This document shows, in pieces, positions 14,550 through 29,299 of a DNA stretch of 64,000 bases (position 1 is its first letter; each line of letters opens with the position of its first letter). The notes under the pieces are model-generated. The model was not told the DNA's origin, did not search any database, and was given only the letters and a program-made list of their open reading frames with translations. Both the position numbers and the translations under genes were made by a program. The stretch lies in assembly GCF_009914755.1 (NCBI RefSeq), contig NC_060943.1; one strand, 5' to 3'. This DNA comes from the human T2T-CHM13v2.0 reference genome, Homo sapiens.

Positions 14550-14556
14550 TCTGTAA
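14550..14556 (+). other. Same 4-bp deletion in the next dimer
   Basis: CACTCTGTAAAG; the register shifts a further 4 bp (14467 to 14803 is 336). Confidence 0.92.
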
Positions 14557-17245
14557 AGTCTGCAAGTGGATATTCAGACCTCCTTGAGGCTTTCGTTGGA
14601 AACGGGATTTCTTCATATTCTGCTAGAAAGAAGAATTCTCAGTAACTTCCTTGTGTTGTGTGTATTCAACTCACAGAGTTGAACGATCCTTTACACAGAG
14701 CAGACTTGAAACACTCTTTTTGTGGAATTTGCAAGTGGAGATTTCAGCCGCTTTGAGGTCAATGGTAGAATAGGAAATATCTTCCTATAGAAACTAGACA
14801 GAATGATTCTCAGAAACTCCTTTGTGATGTGTGCGTTCAACTCACAGAGTTTAACCTTTCTTTTCATAGAGCAGTTAGGAAACACTCTGTTTGTAAAGTC
14901 TGCAAGTGGATATTCAGACATCCTTGAGGCTTTCGTTGGAAAGGGGATTTCTTCATATTCTGCTAGAAAGAAGAATTCTCAGTAACTTCCTTGTGTTGTG
15001 TGTATTCAACTCACAGAGTTGAACGATCCTTTACACAGAGCAGACTTGAAACACTCTTTTTGTGGAATTTGCAAGTGGAGATTTCAGCCGCTTTGAGGTC
15101 AATGGTAGAATAGGAAATATCTTCCTATAGAAACTAGACAGAATGATTCTCAGAAACTCCTTTGTGATGTGTGCGTTCAACTCACAGAGTTTAACCTTTC
15201 TTTTCATAGAGCAGTTAGGAAACACTCTGTTTGTAAAGTCTGCAAGTGGATATTCAGACATCCTTGAGGCTTTCGTTGGAAACGGGATTTCTTCATATTC
15301 TGCTAGAAAGAAGAATTCTCAGTAACTTCCTTGTGTTGTGTGTATTCAACTCACAGAGTTGAACGATCCTTTACACAGAGCAGACTTGAAACACTCTTTT
15401 TGTGGAATTTGCAAGTGGAGATTCCAGCCGCTTTGAGGTCAATGGTAGAATAGGAAATATCTTCCTATAGAAACTAGACAGAATGATTCTCAGAAACTCC
15501 TTTGTGATGTGTGCGTTCAACTCACAGAGTTTAACCTTTCTTTTCATAGAGCAGTTGGGAAACACTCTGTTTGTAAAGTCTGCAAGTGGATATTCAGACA
15601 TCCTTGAGGCTTTCGTTGGAAACGGGATTTCTTCATATTCTGCTAGAAAGAAGAATTCTCAGTAACTTCCTTGTGTTGTGTGTATTCAACTCACAGAGTT
15701 GAACGATCCTTTACACAGAGCAGACTTGAAACACTCTTTTTGTGGAATTTGCAAGTGGAGATTTCAGCCGCTTTGAGTTCAATGGTAGAATAGGAAATAT
15801 CTTCCTATAGAAACTAGACAGAATGATTCTCAGAAACTCCTTTGTGATGTGTGCGTTCAACTCACAGAGTTCAACCTTTCTTTTAATAGAGCAGTTGGGA
15901 AACACTCTGTTTGTAAAGTCTGCAAGTGGATATTCAGACTTCTTTGAGGCCTTCGTTGGAAGCGGGATTTCTTCATATTCTGCTAGACAGAAGAATTCTC
16001 AGTAACCTCCTTGTGTTGTGTGTATTCAACTCACAGAGTTGAACGATCCTTTACACAGAGCAGACTTGAAACACTCTTTTTGTGGAATTTGCAAGTGGAG
16101 ATTTCAGCCGCTTTGAGGTCAATGGTAGAATAGGAAATATCTTCCTATAGAAACTAGACAGAATGATTCTCAGAAACTCCTTTGTGATGTGTGCGTTCAA
16201 CTCACAGAGTTTAACCTTTCTTTTCATAGAGCAGTTAGGAAACACTCTGTTTGTAAAGTCTGCAAGTGGATATTCAGACATCCTTGAGGCTTTCGTTGGA
16301 AACGGGATTTCTTCATATTCTGCTAGAAAGAAGAATTCTCAGTAACTTCCTTGTGTTGTGTGTATTCAACTCACAGAGTTGAACGATCCTTTACACAGAG
16401 CAGACTTGAAACACTCTTTTTGTGGAATTTGCAAGTGGAGATTTCAGCCGCTTTGAGGTCAATGGTAGAATAGGAAATATCTTCCTATAGAAACTAGACA
16501 GAATGATTCTCAGAAACTCCTTTGTGATGTGTGCGTTCAACTCACAGAGTTTAACCTTTCTTTTCATAGAGCAGTTGGGAAACACTCTGTTTGTAAAGTC
16601 TGCAAGTGGATATTCAGACATCCTTGAGGCTTTCGTTGGAAAGGGGATTTCTTCATATTCTGCTAGAAAGAAGAATTCTCAGTAACTTCCTTGTGTTGTG
16701 TGTTTTCAACTCACAGAGTTGAACGATCCTTTACACAGAGCAGACTTGAAACACTCCTTTTGTGGAATTTGCAAGTGGAGATTTCAGCCGCTTTGAGGTC
16801 AATGGTAGAATAGGAAATATCTTCCTATAGAAAGTAGACAGAATGATTCTCAGAAACTCCTTTGTGATGTGTGCGTTGAACTCACAGAGTTTAACCTTTC
16901 TTTTCATAGAGCAGTTAGGAAACACTCTGTTTGTAAAGTCTGCAAGTGGATATTCAGACATCCTTGAGGCCTTCGTTGGAAACGGGATTTCTTCATATTA
17001 TGCTAGACAGAAGAATTCTCAGTAACTTCCTTGTGTTGTGTGTATTCAACTCACAGAGATGAACGATCCTTTACACAGAGCAGACTTGAAACACTCTTTT
17101 TGTGGAATTTGCAAGTGGAGATTTCAGCCGCTTTGAGTTCAATGGTAGAATAGGAAATATCTTCCTATAGAAACTAGACAGAATGATTCTCAGAAACTCC
17201 TTTGTGATGTGTGCGTTCAACTCACAGAGTTCAACCTTTCTTTTA

Positions 17246-20200
17246 ATAGAGCAGTTGGGAAACACTCTGTTTGTAAAGTCTGCAAGTGGATATTCAGACT
17301 TCTTTGAGGCCTTCGTTGGAAGCGGGATTTCTTCATATTCTGCTAGACAGAAGAATTCTCAGTAACTTCCTTGTGTTGTGTGTATTCAACTCACAGAGTT
17401 GAACGATCCTTTACACAGAGCAGACTTGAAACACTCTTTTTGTGGAATTTGCAAGTGGAGATTTCAGCCGCTTTGAGGTCAATGGTAGAATAGGAAATAT
17501 CTTCCTATAGAAACTAGACAGAATGATTCTCAGAAACTCCTTTGTGATGTGTGCGTTCAACTCACAGAGTTTAACCTTTCTTTTCATAGAGCAGTTAGGA
17601 AACACTCTGTTTGTAAAGTCTGCAAGTGGATATTCAGACATCCTTGAGGCTTTCGTTGGAAACGGGATTTCTTCATATTCTGCTAGAAAGAAGAATTCTC
17701 AGTAACTTCCTTGTGTTGTGTGTATTCAACTCACAGAGTTGAACGATCCTTTACACAGAGCAGACTTGAAACACTCTTTTTGTGGAATTTGCAAGTGGAG
17801 ATTTCAGCCGCTTTGAGGTCAATGGTAGAATAGGAAATATCTTCCTATAGAAACTAGACAGAATGATTCTCAGAAACTCCTTTGTGATGTGTGCGTTCAA
17901 CTCACAGAGTTAAACCTTTCTTTTCATAGAGCAGTTGGGAAACACTCTGTTTGTAAAGTCTGCAAGTGGATATTCAGACATCCTTGAGGCTTTCGTTGGA
18001 AACGGGATTTCTTCATATTCTGCTAGAAAGAAGAATTCTCAGTAACTTCCTTGTGTTGTGTGTATTCAACTCACAGAGTTGAACGATCCTTTACACAGAG
18101 CAGACTTGAAACACTCTTTTTGCGGAATTTGCAAGTGGAGATTTCAGCCGCTTTGAGGTCAATGGTAGAATAGGAAATATCTTCCTATAGAAACTAGACA
18201 GAATGATTCTCAGAAACTCCTTTGTGATGTGTGCGTTCAACTCACACAGTTTAACCTTTCTTTTCATAGAGCAGTTAGGAAACACTCTGTTTGTAAAGTC
18301 TGTAAGTAGATATTCAGACCTCCTTGAGGCCTTCGTTGGAAACGGGATTTCTTCATATTATGCTAGACAGAAGAATTCTCAGTAACTTCCTTGTGTTGTG
18401 TGTATTCAACTCACAGAGTTGAACGATCCTTTACACAGAGCAGACTTGAAACACTCTTTTTGTGGAATTTGCAAGTGGAGATTTCAGCCGCTTTGAGTTC
18501 AATGGTAGAATAGGAAATATCTTCCTATAGAAACTAGACAGAATGATTCTCAGAAACTCCTTTGTGATGTGTGCGTTCAACTCACAGAGTTCAACCTTTC
18601 TTTTCATAGAGCAGTTGGGAAACACTCTGTTTGTAAAGTCTGCAAGTGGATATTCAGACTTCTTTGAGGCCTTCGTTGGAAGCGGGATTTCTTCATGTTC
18701 TGCTAGACAGAAGAATTCTCAGTAACTTCCTTGTGTTGTGTGTATTCAACTCAGAGAGTTGAACGATCCTTTACACAGAGCAGACTTGAAACACTCTTTT
18801 TGTGGAATTTGCAAGTGGAGATTTCAGCCGCTTTGAGGTCAATGGTAGAATAGGAAATATCTTCCTATAGAAACTAGACAGAATGATTCTCAGAAACTCC
18901 TTTGTGATGTGTGCGTTCAACTCACAGAGTTTAACCTTTCTTTTCATAGAGCAGTTGGGAAACACTCTGTTTGTAAAGTCTGCAAGTGGATATTCAGACA
19001 TCCTTGAGGCTTTCGTTGGAAACGGGATTTGTTCATATTCTGCTAGAAGGAAGAATTCTCAGTAACTTCCTTGTGTTGTGTGTATTCAACTCACAGAGTT
19101 GAACGATCCTTTACACAGAGCAGACTTGAAACACTCTTTTTGCGGAATTTGCAAGTGGAGATTTCAGCCGCTTTGAGGTCAATGGTAGAATAGGAAATAT
19201 CTTCCTATAGAAACTAGACAGAATGATTCTCAGAAACTCCTTTGTGATGTGTGCGTTCAACTCACACAGTTTAACCTTTCTTTTCATAGAGCAGTTGGGA
19301 AACACTCTGTTTGTAAAGTCTGCAAGTGGATATTCAGACCTCCTTGAGGCCTTCGTTGGAAACGGGATTTCTTCATATTATGCTAGACAGAAGAATTCTC
19401 AGTAACTTCCTTGTGTTGTGTGTATTCAACTCACAGAGTTGAACGATCCTTTACACAGAGCAGACTTGAAACACTCTTTTTGTGGAATTTGCAAGTGGAG
19501 ATTTCAGCCGCTTTGAAGTCAATGGTAGAATAGGAAATATCTTCCTATAGAAACTAGACAGAATGATTCTCAGAAACTCCTTTGTGATGTGTGCGTTCAA
19601 CTCACACAGTTTAACCTTTCTTTTCATAGAGCAGTTAGGAAACACTCTGTTTGTAAAGTCTGCAAGTGGATATTCAGACATCCTTGAGGCCTTCGTTGGA
19701 AACGGGATTTCTTCATATTCTGCTAGAAAGAAGAATTCTCAGTAACTTCCTTGTGTTGTGTGTATTCAACTCACAGAGTTGAACGATCCTTTACACAGAG
19801 CAGACTTGAAACACTCTTTTTGTGGAATTTGCAAGTGGAGATTTCAGCCGCTTTGAGGTCAATGGTAGAATAGGAAATATCTTCCTATAGAAACTAGACA
19901 GAATGATTCTCAGAAACTCCTTTGTGATGTGTGCGTTCAACTCACAGAGTTTAACCTTTCTTTTCATAGAGCAGTTAGGAAACACTCTGTTTGTAAAGTC
20001 TGCAAGTGGATATTCAGACATCCTTGAGGCTTTCGTTGGAAACGGGATTTCTTCATATTCTGCTAGAAAGAAGAATTCTCAGTAACTTCCTTGTGTTGTG
20101 TGTATTCAACTCACAGAGTTGAACGATCCTTTACACAGAGCAGACTTGAAACACTCTTTTTGTGGAATTTGCAAGTGGAGATTTCAGCCGCTTTGAGGTC

Positions 20201-23200
20201 AATGGTAGAATAGGAAATATCTTCCTATAGAAACTAGACAGAATGATTCTCAGAAACTCCTTTGTGATGTGTGCGTTCAACTCACAGAGTTCAACCTTTC
20301 TTTTCATAGCGCAGTTAGGAAACACTCTGTTTGTAAAGTCTGCAAGTGGATATTCAGACATCCTTGAGGCTTTCGTTGGAAACGGGATTTCTTCATATTC
20401 TGCTAGAAAGAAGAATTCTCAGTAACTTCCTTGTGTTGTGTGTATTCAACTCACAGAGTTGAACGATCCTTTACACAGAGCAGACTTGAAACACTCTTTT
20501 TGTGGAATTTGCAAGTGGAGATTTCAGCCGCTTTGAGGTCAATGGTAGAATAGGAAATATCTTCCTATAGAAACTAGACAGAATGATTCTCAGAAACTCC
20601 TTTGTGATGTGTGCGTTCAACTCATAGAGTTCAACCTTTCTTTTCATAGAGCAGTTGGGAAACACTCTGTTTGTAAAGTCTGCAAGTGGATATTCAGACT
20701 TCTTTGAGGCCTTCGTTGGAAGCGGGATTTCTTCATATTCTGCTAGACAGAAGAATTCTCAGTAACTGCCTTGTGTTGTGTGTATTCAACTCACAGAGTT
20801 GAACGATCCTTTACACAGAGCAGACTTGAAACACTCTTTTTGTGGAATTTGCAAGTGGAGATTTCAGCCGCTTTGAGGTCAATGGTAGAATAGGAAATAT
20901 CTTCCTATAGAAACTAGACAGAATGATTCTCAGAAACTCCTTTGTGATGTGTGCGTTCAACTCACAGAGTTTACCCTTTCTTTTCATAGAGCAGTTGGGA
21001 AACACTCTGTTTGTAAAGTCTGCAAGTGGATATTCAGACCTCCTTGAGGCTTTCGTTGGAAACGGGATTTCTTCGTATTCTGCTAGAAAGAAGAATTCTC
21101 AGTAACTTCCTTGTGTTGTGTGTATTCAACTCACAGAGTTGAACGATCCTTTACACAGAGCAGACCTGAAACACTCTTTTTGTGGAATTTGCAAGTGGAG
21201 ATTTCAGCCGCTTTGAGGTCAATGGTAGAATAGGAAATATCTTCCTATAGAAACTAGACAGAATGATTCTCAGAAACTCCTTTGTGATGTGTGCGTTCAA
21301 CTCACAGAGTTAAACCTTTCTTTTCATAGAGCAGTTGGGAAACACTCTGTTTGTAAAGTCTGCAAGTGGATATTCAGACTTCTTTGAGGCCTTCGTTGGA
21401 AGCGGGATTTCTTCATATTCTGCTAGACAGAAGAATTCTCAGTAACTTCCTTGTGTTGTGTGTATTCAACTCACAGAGTTGAACGATCCTTTACACAGAG
21501 CAGACTTGAAACACTCTTTTTGTGGAATTTGCAAGTGGAGATTTCAGCCGCTTTGAGGTCAATGGTAGAATAGGAAATATCTTCCTATAGAAACTAGACA
21601 GAATGATTCTCAGAAACTCCTTTGTGATGTGTGCGTTCAACTCACAGAGTTTAACCTTTCTTTTCATAGAGCAGTTAGGAAACACTCTGTTTGTAAAGTC
21701 TGCAAGTGGATATTCAGACATCCTTGAGGCTTTCGTTGGAAACGGGATTTCTTCATATTCTGCTAGAAAGAAGAATTCTCAGTAACTTCCTTGTGTTGTG
21801 TGTATTCAACTCACAGAGTTGAACGATCCTTTACACAGAGCAGACTTGAAACACTCTTTTTGTGGAATTTGCAAGTGGAGATTTCAGCCGCTTTGAGGTC
21901 AATGGTAGAATAGGAAATATCTTCCTATAGAAACTAGACAGAATGATTCTCAGAAACTCCTTTGTGATGTGTGCGTTCAACTCACAGAGTTAAACCTTTC
22001 TTTTCATAGAGCAGTTGGGAAACACTCTGTTTGTAAAGTCTGCAAGTGGATATTCAGACATCCTTGAGGCTTTCGTTGGAAACGGGATTTCTTCATATTC
22101 TGCTAGAAAGAAGAATTCTCAGTAACTTCCTTGTGTTGTGTGTATTCAACTCACAGAGTTGAACGATCCTTTACACAGAGCAGACTTGAAACACTCTTTT
22201 TGCGGAATTTGCAAGTGGAGATTTCAGCCGCTTTGAGGTCAATGGTAGAATAGGAAATATCTTCCTATAGAAACTAGACAGAATGATTCTCAGAAACTCC
22301 TTTGTGATGTGTGCGTTCAACTCACACAGTTTAACCTTTCTTTTCATAGAGCAGTTAGGAAACACTCTGTTTGTAAAGTCTGTAAGTAGATATTCAGACC
22401 TCCTTGAGGCCTTCGTTGGAAACGGGATTTCTTCATATTATGCTAGACAGAAGAATTCTCAGTAACTTCCTTGTGTTGTGTGTATTCAACTCACAGAGTT
22501 GAACGATCCTTTACACAGAGCAGACTTGAAACACTCTTTTTGTGGAATTTGCAAGTGGAGATTTCAGCCGCTTTGAGTTCAATGGTAGAATAGGAAATAT
22601 CTTCCTATAGAAACTAGACAGAATGATTCTCAGAAACTCCTTTGTGATGTGTGCGTTCAACTCACAGAGTTCAACCTTTCTTTTCATAGAGCAGTTGGGA
22701 AACACTCTGTTTGTAAAGTCTGCAAGTGGATATTCAGACTTCTTTGAGGCCTTCGTTGGAAGCGGGATTTCTTCATGTTCTGCTAGACAGAAGAATTCTC
22801 AGTAACTTCCTTGTGTTGTGTGTATTCAACTCAGAGAGTTGAACGATCCTTTACACAGAGCAGACTTGAAACACTCTTTTTGTGGAATTTGCAAGTGGAG
22901 ATTTCAGCCGCTTTGAGGTCAATGGTAGAATAGGAAATATCTTCCTATAGAAACTAGACAGAATGATTCTCAGAAACTCCTTTGTGATGTGTGCGTTCAA
23001 CTCACAGAGTTTAACCTTTCTTTTCATAGAGCAGTTGGGAAACACTCTGTTTGTAAAGTCTGCAAGTGGATATTCAGACATCCTTGAGGCTTTCGTTGGA
23101 AACGGGATTTGTTCATATTCTGCTAGAAGGAAGAATTCTCAGTAACTTCCTTGTGTTGTGTGTATTCAACTCACAGAGTTGAACGATCCTTTACACAGAG

Positions 23201-25459
23201 CAGACTTGAAACACTCTTTTTGCGGAATTTGCAAGTGGAGATTTCAGCCGCTTTGAGGTCAATGGTAGAATAGGAAATATCTTCCTATAGAAACTAGACA
23301 GAATGATTCTCAGAAACTCCTTTGTGATGTGTGCGTTCAACTCACACAGTTTAACCTTTCTTTTCATAGAGCAGTTGGGAAACACTCTGTTTGTAAAGTC
23401 TGCAAGTGGATATTCAGACCTCCTTGAGGCCTTCGTTGGAAACGGGATTTCTTCATATTATGCTAGACAGAAGAATTCTCAGTAACTTCCTTGTGTTGTG
23501 TGTATTCAACTCACAGAGTTGAACGATCCTTTACACAGAGCAGACTTGAAACACTCTTTTTGTGGAATTTGCAAGTGGAGATTTCAGCCGCTTTGAAGTC
23601 AATGGTAGAATAGGAAATATCTTCCTATAGAAACTAGACAGAATGATTCTCAGAAACTCCTTTGTGATGTGTGCGTTCAACTCACACAGTTTAACCTTTC
23701 TTTTCATAGAGCAGTTAGGAAACACTCTGTTTGTAAAGTCTGCAAGTGGATATTCAGACATCCTTGAGGCCTTCGTTGGAAACGGGATTTCTTCATATTC
23801 TGCTAGAAAGAAGAATTCTCAGTAACTTCCTTGTGTTGTGTGTATTCAACTCACAGAGTTGAACGATCCTTTACACAGAGCAGACTTGAAACACTCTTTT
23901 TGTGGAATTTGCAAGTGGAGATTTCAGCCGCTTTGAGGTCAATGGTAGAATAGGAAATATCTTCCTATAGAAACTAGACAGAATGATTCTCAGAAACTCC
24001 TTTGTGATGTGTGCGTTCAACTCACAGAGTTTAACCTTTCTTTTCATAGAGCAGTTAGGAAACACTCTGTTTGTAAAGTCTGCAAGTGGATATTCAGACA
24101 TCCTTGAGGCTTTCGTTGGAAACGGGATTTCTTCATATTCTGCTAGAAAGAAGAATTCTCAGTAACTTCCTTGTGTTGTGTGTATTCAACTCACAGAGTT
24201 GAACGATCCTTTACACAGAGCAGACTTGAAACACTCTTTTTGTGGAATTTGCAAGTGGAGATTTCAGCCGCTTTGAGGTCAATGGTAGAATAGGAAATAT
24301 CTTCCTATAGAAACTAGACAGAATGATTCTCAGAAACTCCTTTGTGATGTGTGCGTTCAACTCACAGAGTTCAACCTTTCTTTTCATAGCGCAGTTAGGA
24401 AACACTCTGTTTGTAAAGTCTGCAAGTGGATATTCAGACATCCTTGAGGCTTTCGTTGGAAACGGGATTTCTTCATATTCTGCTAGAAAGAAGAATTCTC
24501 AGTAACTTCCTTGTGTTGTGTGTATTCAACTCACAGAGTTGAACGATCCTTTACACAGAGCAGACTTGAAACACTCTTTTTGTGGAATTTGCAAGTGGAG
24601 ATTTCAGCCGCTTTGAGGTCAATGGTAGAATAGGAAATATCTTCCTATAGAAACTAGACAGAATGATTCTCAGAAACTCCTTTGTGATGTGTGCGTTCAA
24701 CTCATAGAGTTCAACCTTTCTTTTCATAGAGCAGTTGGGAAACACTCTGTTTGTAAAGTCTGCAAGTGGATATTCAGACTTCTTTGAGGCCTTCGTTGGA
24801 AGCGGGATTTCTTCATATTCTGCTAGACAGAAGAATTCTCAGTAACTGCCTTGTGTTGTGTGTATTCAACTCACAGAGTTGAACGATCCTTTACACAGAG
24901 CAGACTTGAAACACTCTTTTTGTGGAATTTGCAAGTGGAGATTTCAGCCGCTTTGAGGTCAATGGTAGAATAGGAAATATCTTCCTATAGAAACTAGACA
25001 GAATGATTCTCAGAAACTCCTTTGTGATGTGTGCGTTCAACTCACAGAGTTTACCCTTTCTTTTCATAGAGCAGTTGGGAAACACTCTGTTTGTAAAGTC
25101 TGCAAGTGGATATTCAGACCTCCTTGAGGCTTTCGTTGGAAACGGGATTTCTTCGTATTCTGCTAGAAAGAAGAATTCTCAGTAACTTCCTTGTGTTGTG
25201 TGTATTCAACTCACAGAGTTGAACGATCCTTTACACAGAGCAGACCTGAAACACTCTTTTTGTGGAATTTGCAAGTGGAGATTTCAGCCGCTTTGAGGTC
25301 AATGGTAGAATAGGAAATATCTTCCTATAGAAACTAGACAGAATGATTCTCAGAAACTCCTTTGTGATGTGTGCGTTCAACTCACAGAGTTAAACCTTTC
25401 TTTTCATAGAGCAGTTGGGAAACACTCTGTTTGTAAAGTCTGCAAGTGGATATTCAGAC
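17246..25459 (+). repeat. Near-perfect tandem duplication with a 4080-bp (12-dimer) unit
   Basis: Rare variants recur at +4080: TAAACC 17911/21991, TGTAAGTAGA 18301/22381, GTTCATATTC 19031/23111, CTCATAGAGT 20621/24701, CTTCGTATTC 21071/25151, CAGACCTG 21161/25241. Mismatches at 17245/21325 and 21380/25460 bound the match. Confidence 0.9.
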
Positions 25460-28400
25460 ATCCTTGAGGCTTTCGTTGGAAACGGGATTTCTTCATATTC
25501 TGCTAGAAAGAAGAATTCTCAGTAACTTCCTTGTGTTGTGTGTATTCAACTCACAGAGTTGAACGATCCTTTACACAGAGCAGACTTGAAACACTCTTTT
25601 TGCGGAATTTGCAAGTGGAGATTTCAGCCGCTTTGAGGTCAATGGTAGAATAGGAAATATCTTCCTATAGAAACTAGACAGAATGATTCTCAGAAACTCC
25701 TTTGTGATGTGTGCGTTCAACTCACACAGTTTAACCTTTCTTTTCATAGAGCAGTTAGGAAACACTCTGTTTGTAAAGTCTGTAAGTAGATATTCAGACC
25801 TCCTTGAGGCCTTCGTTGGAAACGGGATTTCTTCATATTATGCTAGACAGAAGAATTCTCAGTAACTTCCTTGTGTTGTGTGTATTCAACTCACAGAGTT
25901 GAACGATCCTTTACACAGAGCAGACTTGAAACACTCTTTTTGTGGAATTTGCAAGTGGAGATTTCAGCCGCTTTGAGTTCAATGGTAGAATAGGAAATAT
26001 CTTCCTATAGAAACTAGACAGAATGATTCTCAGAAACTCCTTTGTGATGTGTGCGTTCAACTCACAGAGTTCAACCTTTCTTTTCATAGAGCAGTTGGGA
26101 AACACTCTGTTTGTAAAGTCTGCAAGTGGATATTCAGACTTCTTTGAGGCCTTCGTTGGAAGCGGGATTTCTTCATGTTCTGCTAGACAGAAGAATTCTC
26201 AGTAACTTCCTTGTGTTGTGTGTATTCAACTCAGAGAGTTGAACGATCCTTTACACAGAGCAGACTTGAAACACTCTTTTTGTGGAATTTGCAAGTGGAG
26301 ATTTCAGCCGCTTTGAGGTCAATGGTAGAATAGGAAATATCTTCCTATAGAAACTAGACAGAATGATTCTCAGAAACTCCTTTGTGATGTGTGCGTTCAA
26401 CTCACAGAGTTTAACCTTTCTTTTCATAGAGCAGTTGGGAAACACTCTGTTTGTAAAGTCTGCAAGTGGATATTCAGACATCCTTGAGGCTTTCGTTGGA
26501 AACGGGATTTGTTCATATTCTGCTAGAAGGAAGAATTCTCAGTAACTTCCTTGTGTTGTGTGTATTCAACTCACAGAGTTGAACGATCCTTTACACAGAG
26601 CAGACTTGAAACACTCTTTTTGCGGAATTTGCAAGTGGAGATTTCAGCCGCTTTGAGGTCAATGGTAGAATAGGAAATATCTTCCTATAGAAACTAGACA
26701 GAATGATTCTCAGAAACTCCTTTGTGATGTGTGCGTTCAACTCACACAGTTTAACCTTTCTTTTCATAGAGCAGTTGGGAAACACTCTGTTTGTAAAGTC
26801 TGCAAGTGGATATTCAGACCTCCTTGAGGCCTTCGTTGGAAACGGGATTTCTTCATATTATGCTAGACAGAAGAATTCTCAGTAACTTCCTTGTGTTGTG
26901 TGTATTCAACTCACAGAGTTGAACGATCCTTTACACAGAGCAGACTTGAAACACTCTTTTTGTGGAATTTGCAAGTGGAGATTTCAGCCGCTTTGAAGTC
27001 AATGGTAGAATAGGAAATATCTTCCTATAGAAACTAGACAGAATGATTCTCAGAAACTCCTTTGTGATGTGTGCGTTCAACTCACACAGTTTAACCTTTC
27101 TTTTCATAGAGCAGTTAGGAAACACTCTGTTTGTAAAGTCTGCAAGTGGATATTCAGACATCCTTGAGGCCTTCGTTGGAAACGGGATTTCTTCATATTC
27201 TGCTAGAAAGAAGAATTCTCAGTAACTTCCTTGTGTTGTGTGTATTCAACTCACAGAGTTGAACGATCCTTTACACAGAGCAGACTTGAAACACTCTTTT
27301 TGTGGAATTTGCAAGTGGAGATTTCAGCCGCTTTGAGGTCAATGGTAGAATAGGAAATATCTTCCTATAGAAACTAGACAGAATGATTCTCAGAAACTCC
27401 TTTGTGATGTGTGCGTTCAACTCACAGAGTTTAACCTTTCTTTTCATAGAGCAGTTAGGAAACACTCTGTTTGTAAAGTCTGCAAGTGGATATTCAGACA
27501 TCCTTGAGGCTTTCGTTGGAAACGGGATTTCTTCATATTCTGCTAGAAAGAAGAATTCTCAGTAACTTCCTTGTGTTGTGTGTATTCAACTCACAGAGTT
27601 GAACGATCCTTTACACAGAGCAGACTTGAAACACTCTTTTTGTGGAATTTGCAAGTGGAGATTTCAGCCGCTTTGAGGTCAATGGTAGAATAGGAAATAT
27701 CTTCCTATAGAAACTAGACAGAATGATTCTCAGAAACTCCTTTGTGATGTGTGCGTTCAACTCACAGAGTTCAACCTTTCTTTTCATAGCGCAGTTAGGA
27801 AACACTCTGTTTGTAAAGTCTGCAAGTGGATATTCAGACATCCTTGAGGCTTTCGTTGGAAACGGGATTTCTTCATATTCTGCTAGAAAGAAGAATTCTC
27901 AGTAACTTCCTTGTGTTGTGTGTATTCAACTCACAGAGTTGAACGATCCTTTACACAGAGCAGACTTGAAACACTCTTTTTGTGGAATTTGCAAGTGGAG
28001 ATTTCAGCCGCTTTGAGGTCAATGGTAGAATAGGAAATATCTTCCTATAGAAACTAGACAGAATGATTCTCAGAAACTCCTTTGTGATGTGTGCGTTCAA
28101 CTCATAGAGTTCAACCTTTCTTTTCATAGAGCAGTTGGGAAACACTCTGTTTGTAAAGTCTGCAAGTGGATATTCAGACTTCTTTGAGGCCTTCGTTGGA
28201 AGCGGGATTTCTTCATATTCTGCTAGACAGAAGAATTCTCAGTAACTGCCTTGTGTTGTGTGTATTCAACTCACAGAGTTGAACGATCCTTTACACAGAG
28301 CAGACTTGAAACACTCTTTTTGTGGAATTTGCAAGTGGAGATTTCAGCCGCTTTGAGGTCAATGGTAGAATAGGAAATATCTTCCTATAGAAACTAGACA

Positions 28401-28750
28401 GAATGATTCTCAGAAACTCCTTTGTGATGTGTGCGTTCAACTCACAGAGTTTACCCTTTCTTTTCATAGAGCAGTTGGGAAACACTCTGTTTGTAAAGTC
28501 TGCAAGTGGATATTCAGACCTCCTTGAGGCTTTCGTTGGAAACGGGATTTCTTCGTATTCTGCTAGAAAGAAGAATTCTCAGTAACTTCCTTGTGTTGTG
28601 TGTATTCAACTCACAGAGTTGAACGATCCTTTACACAGAGCAGACCTGAAACACTCTTTTTGTGGAATTTGCAAGTGGAGATTTCAGCCGCTTTGAGGTC
28701 AATGGTAGAATAGGAAATATCTTCCTATAGAAACTAGACAGAATGATTCT
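21847..28750 (+). repeat. Near-perfect tandem duplication with a 3400-bp (10-dimer) unit, overlapping the 4080-bp duplication
   Basis: The same markers recur at +3400: 21991/25391, 22381/25781, 23111/26511, 24701/28101, 25151/28551, 25241/28641. Mismatches at 21846/25246 and 25351/28751 bound the match. Confidence 0.9.
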
Positions 28751-29299
28751 GAGAAACTCCTTTGTGATGTGTGCGTTCAACTCACACAGTTTAACCTTTC
28801 TTTTCATAGAGCAGTTAGGAAACACTCTGTTTGTAAAGTCTGCAAGTGGATATTCAGACCTCCTTGAGGCCTTCGTTGGAAACGGGATTTCTTCATATTA
28901 TGCTAGACAGAAGAATTCTCAGTAACTTCCTTGTGTTGTGTGTATTCAACTCACAGAGTTGAACGATCCTTTACACAGAGCAGACTTGAAACACTCTTTT
29001 TGTGGAATTTGCAAGTGGAGATTTCAGCCGCTTTGAGGTCAATGGTAGAATAGGAAATATCTTCCTATAGAAACTAGACAGAATGATTCTCAGAAACTCC
29101 TTTGTGATGTGTGCGTTCAACTCACAGAGTTCAACCTTTCTTTTCATAGAGCAGTTGGGAAACACTCTGTTTGTAAAGTCTGCAAGTGGATATTCAGACT
29201 TCTTTGAGGCCTTCGTTGGAAGCGGGATTTCTTCATGTTCTGCTAGACAGAAGAATTCTCAGAAACTTCCTTGTGTTGTGTGTTTTCAACTCACAGAGT

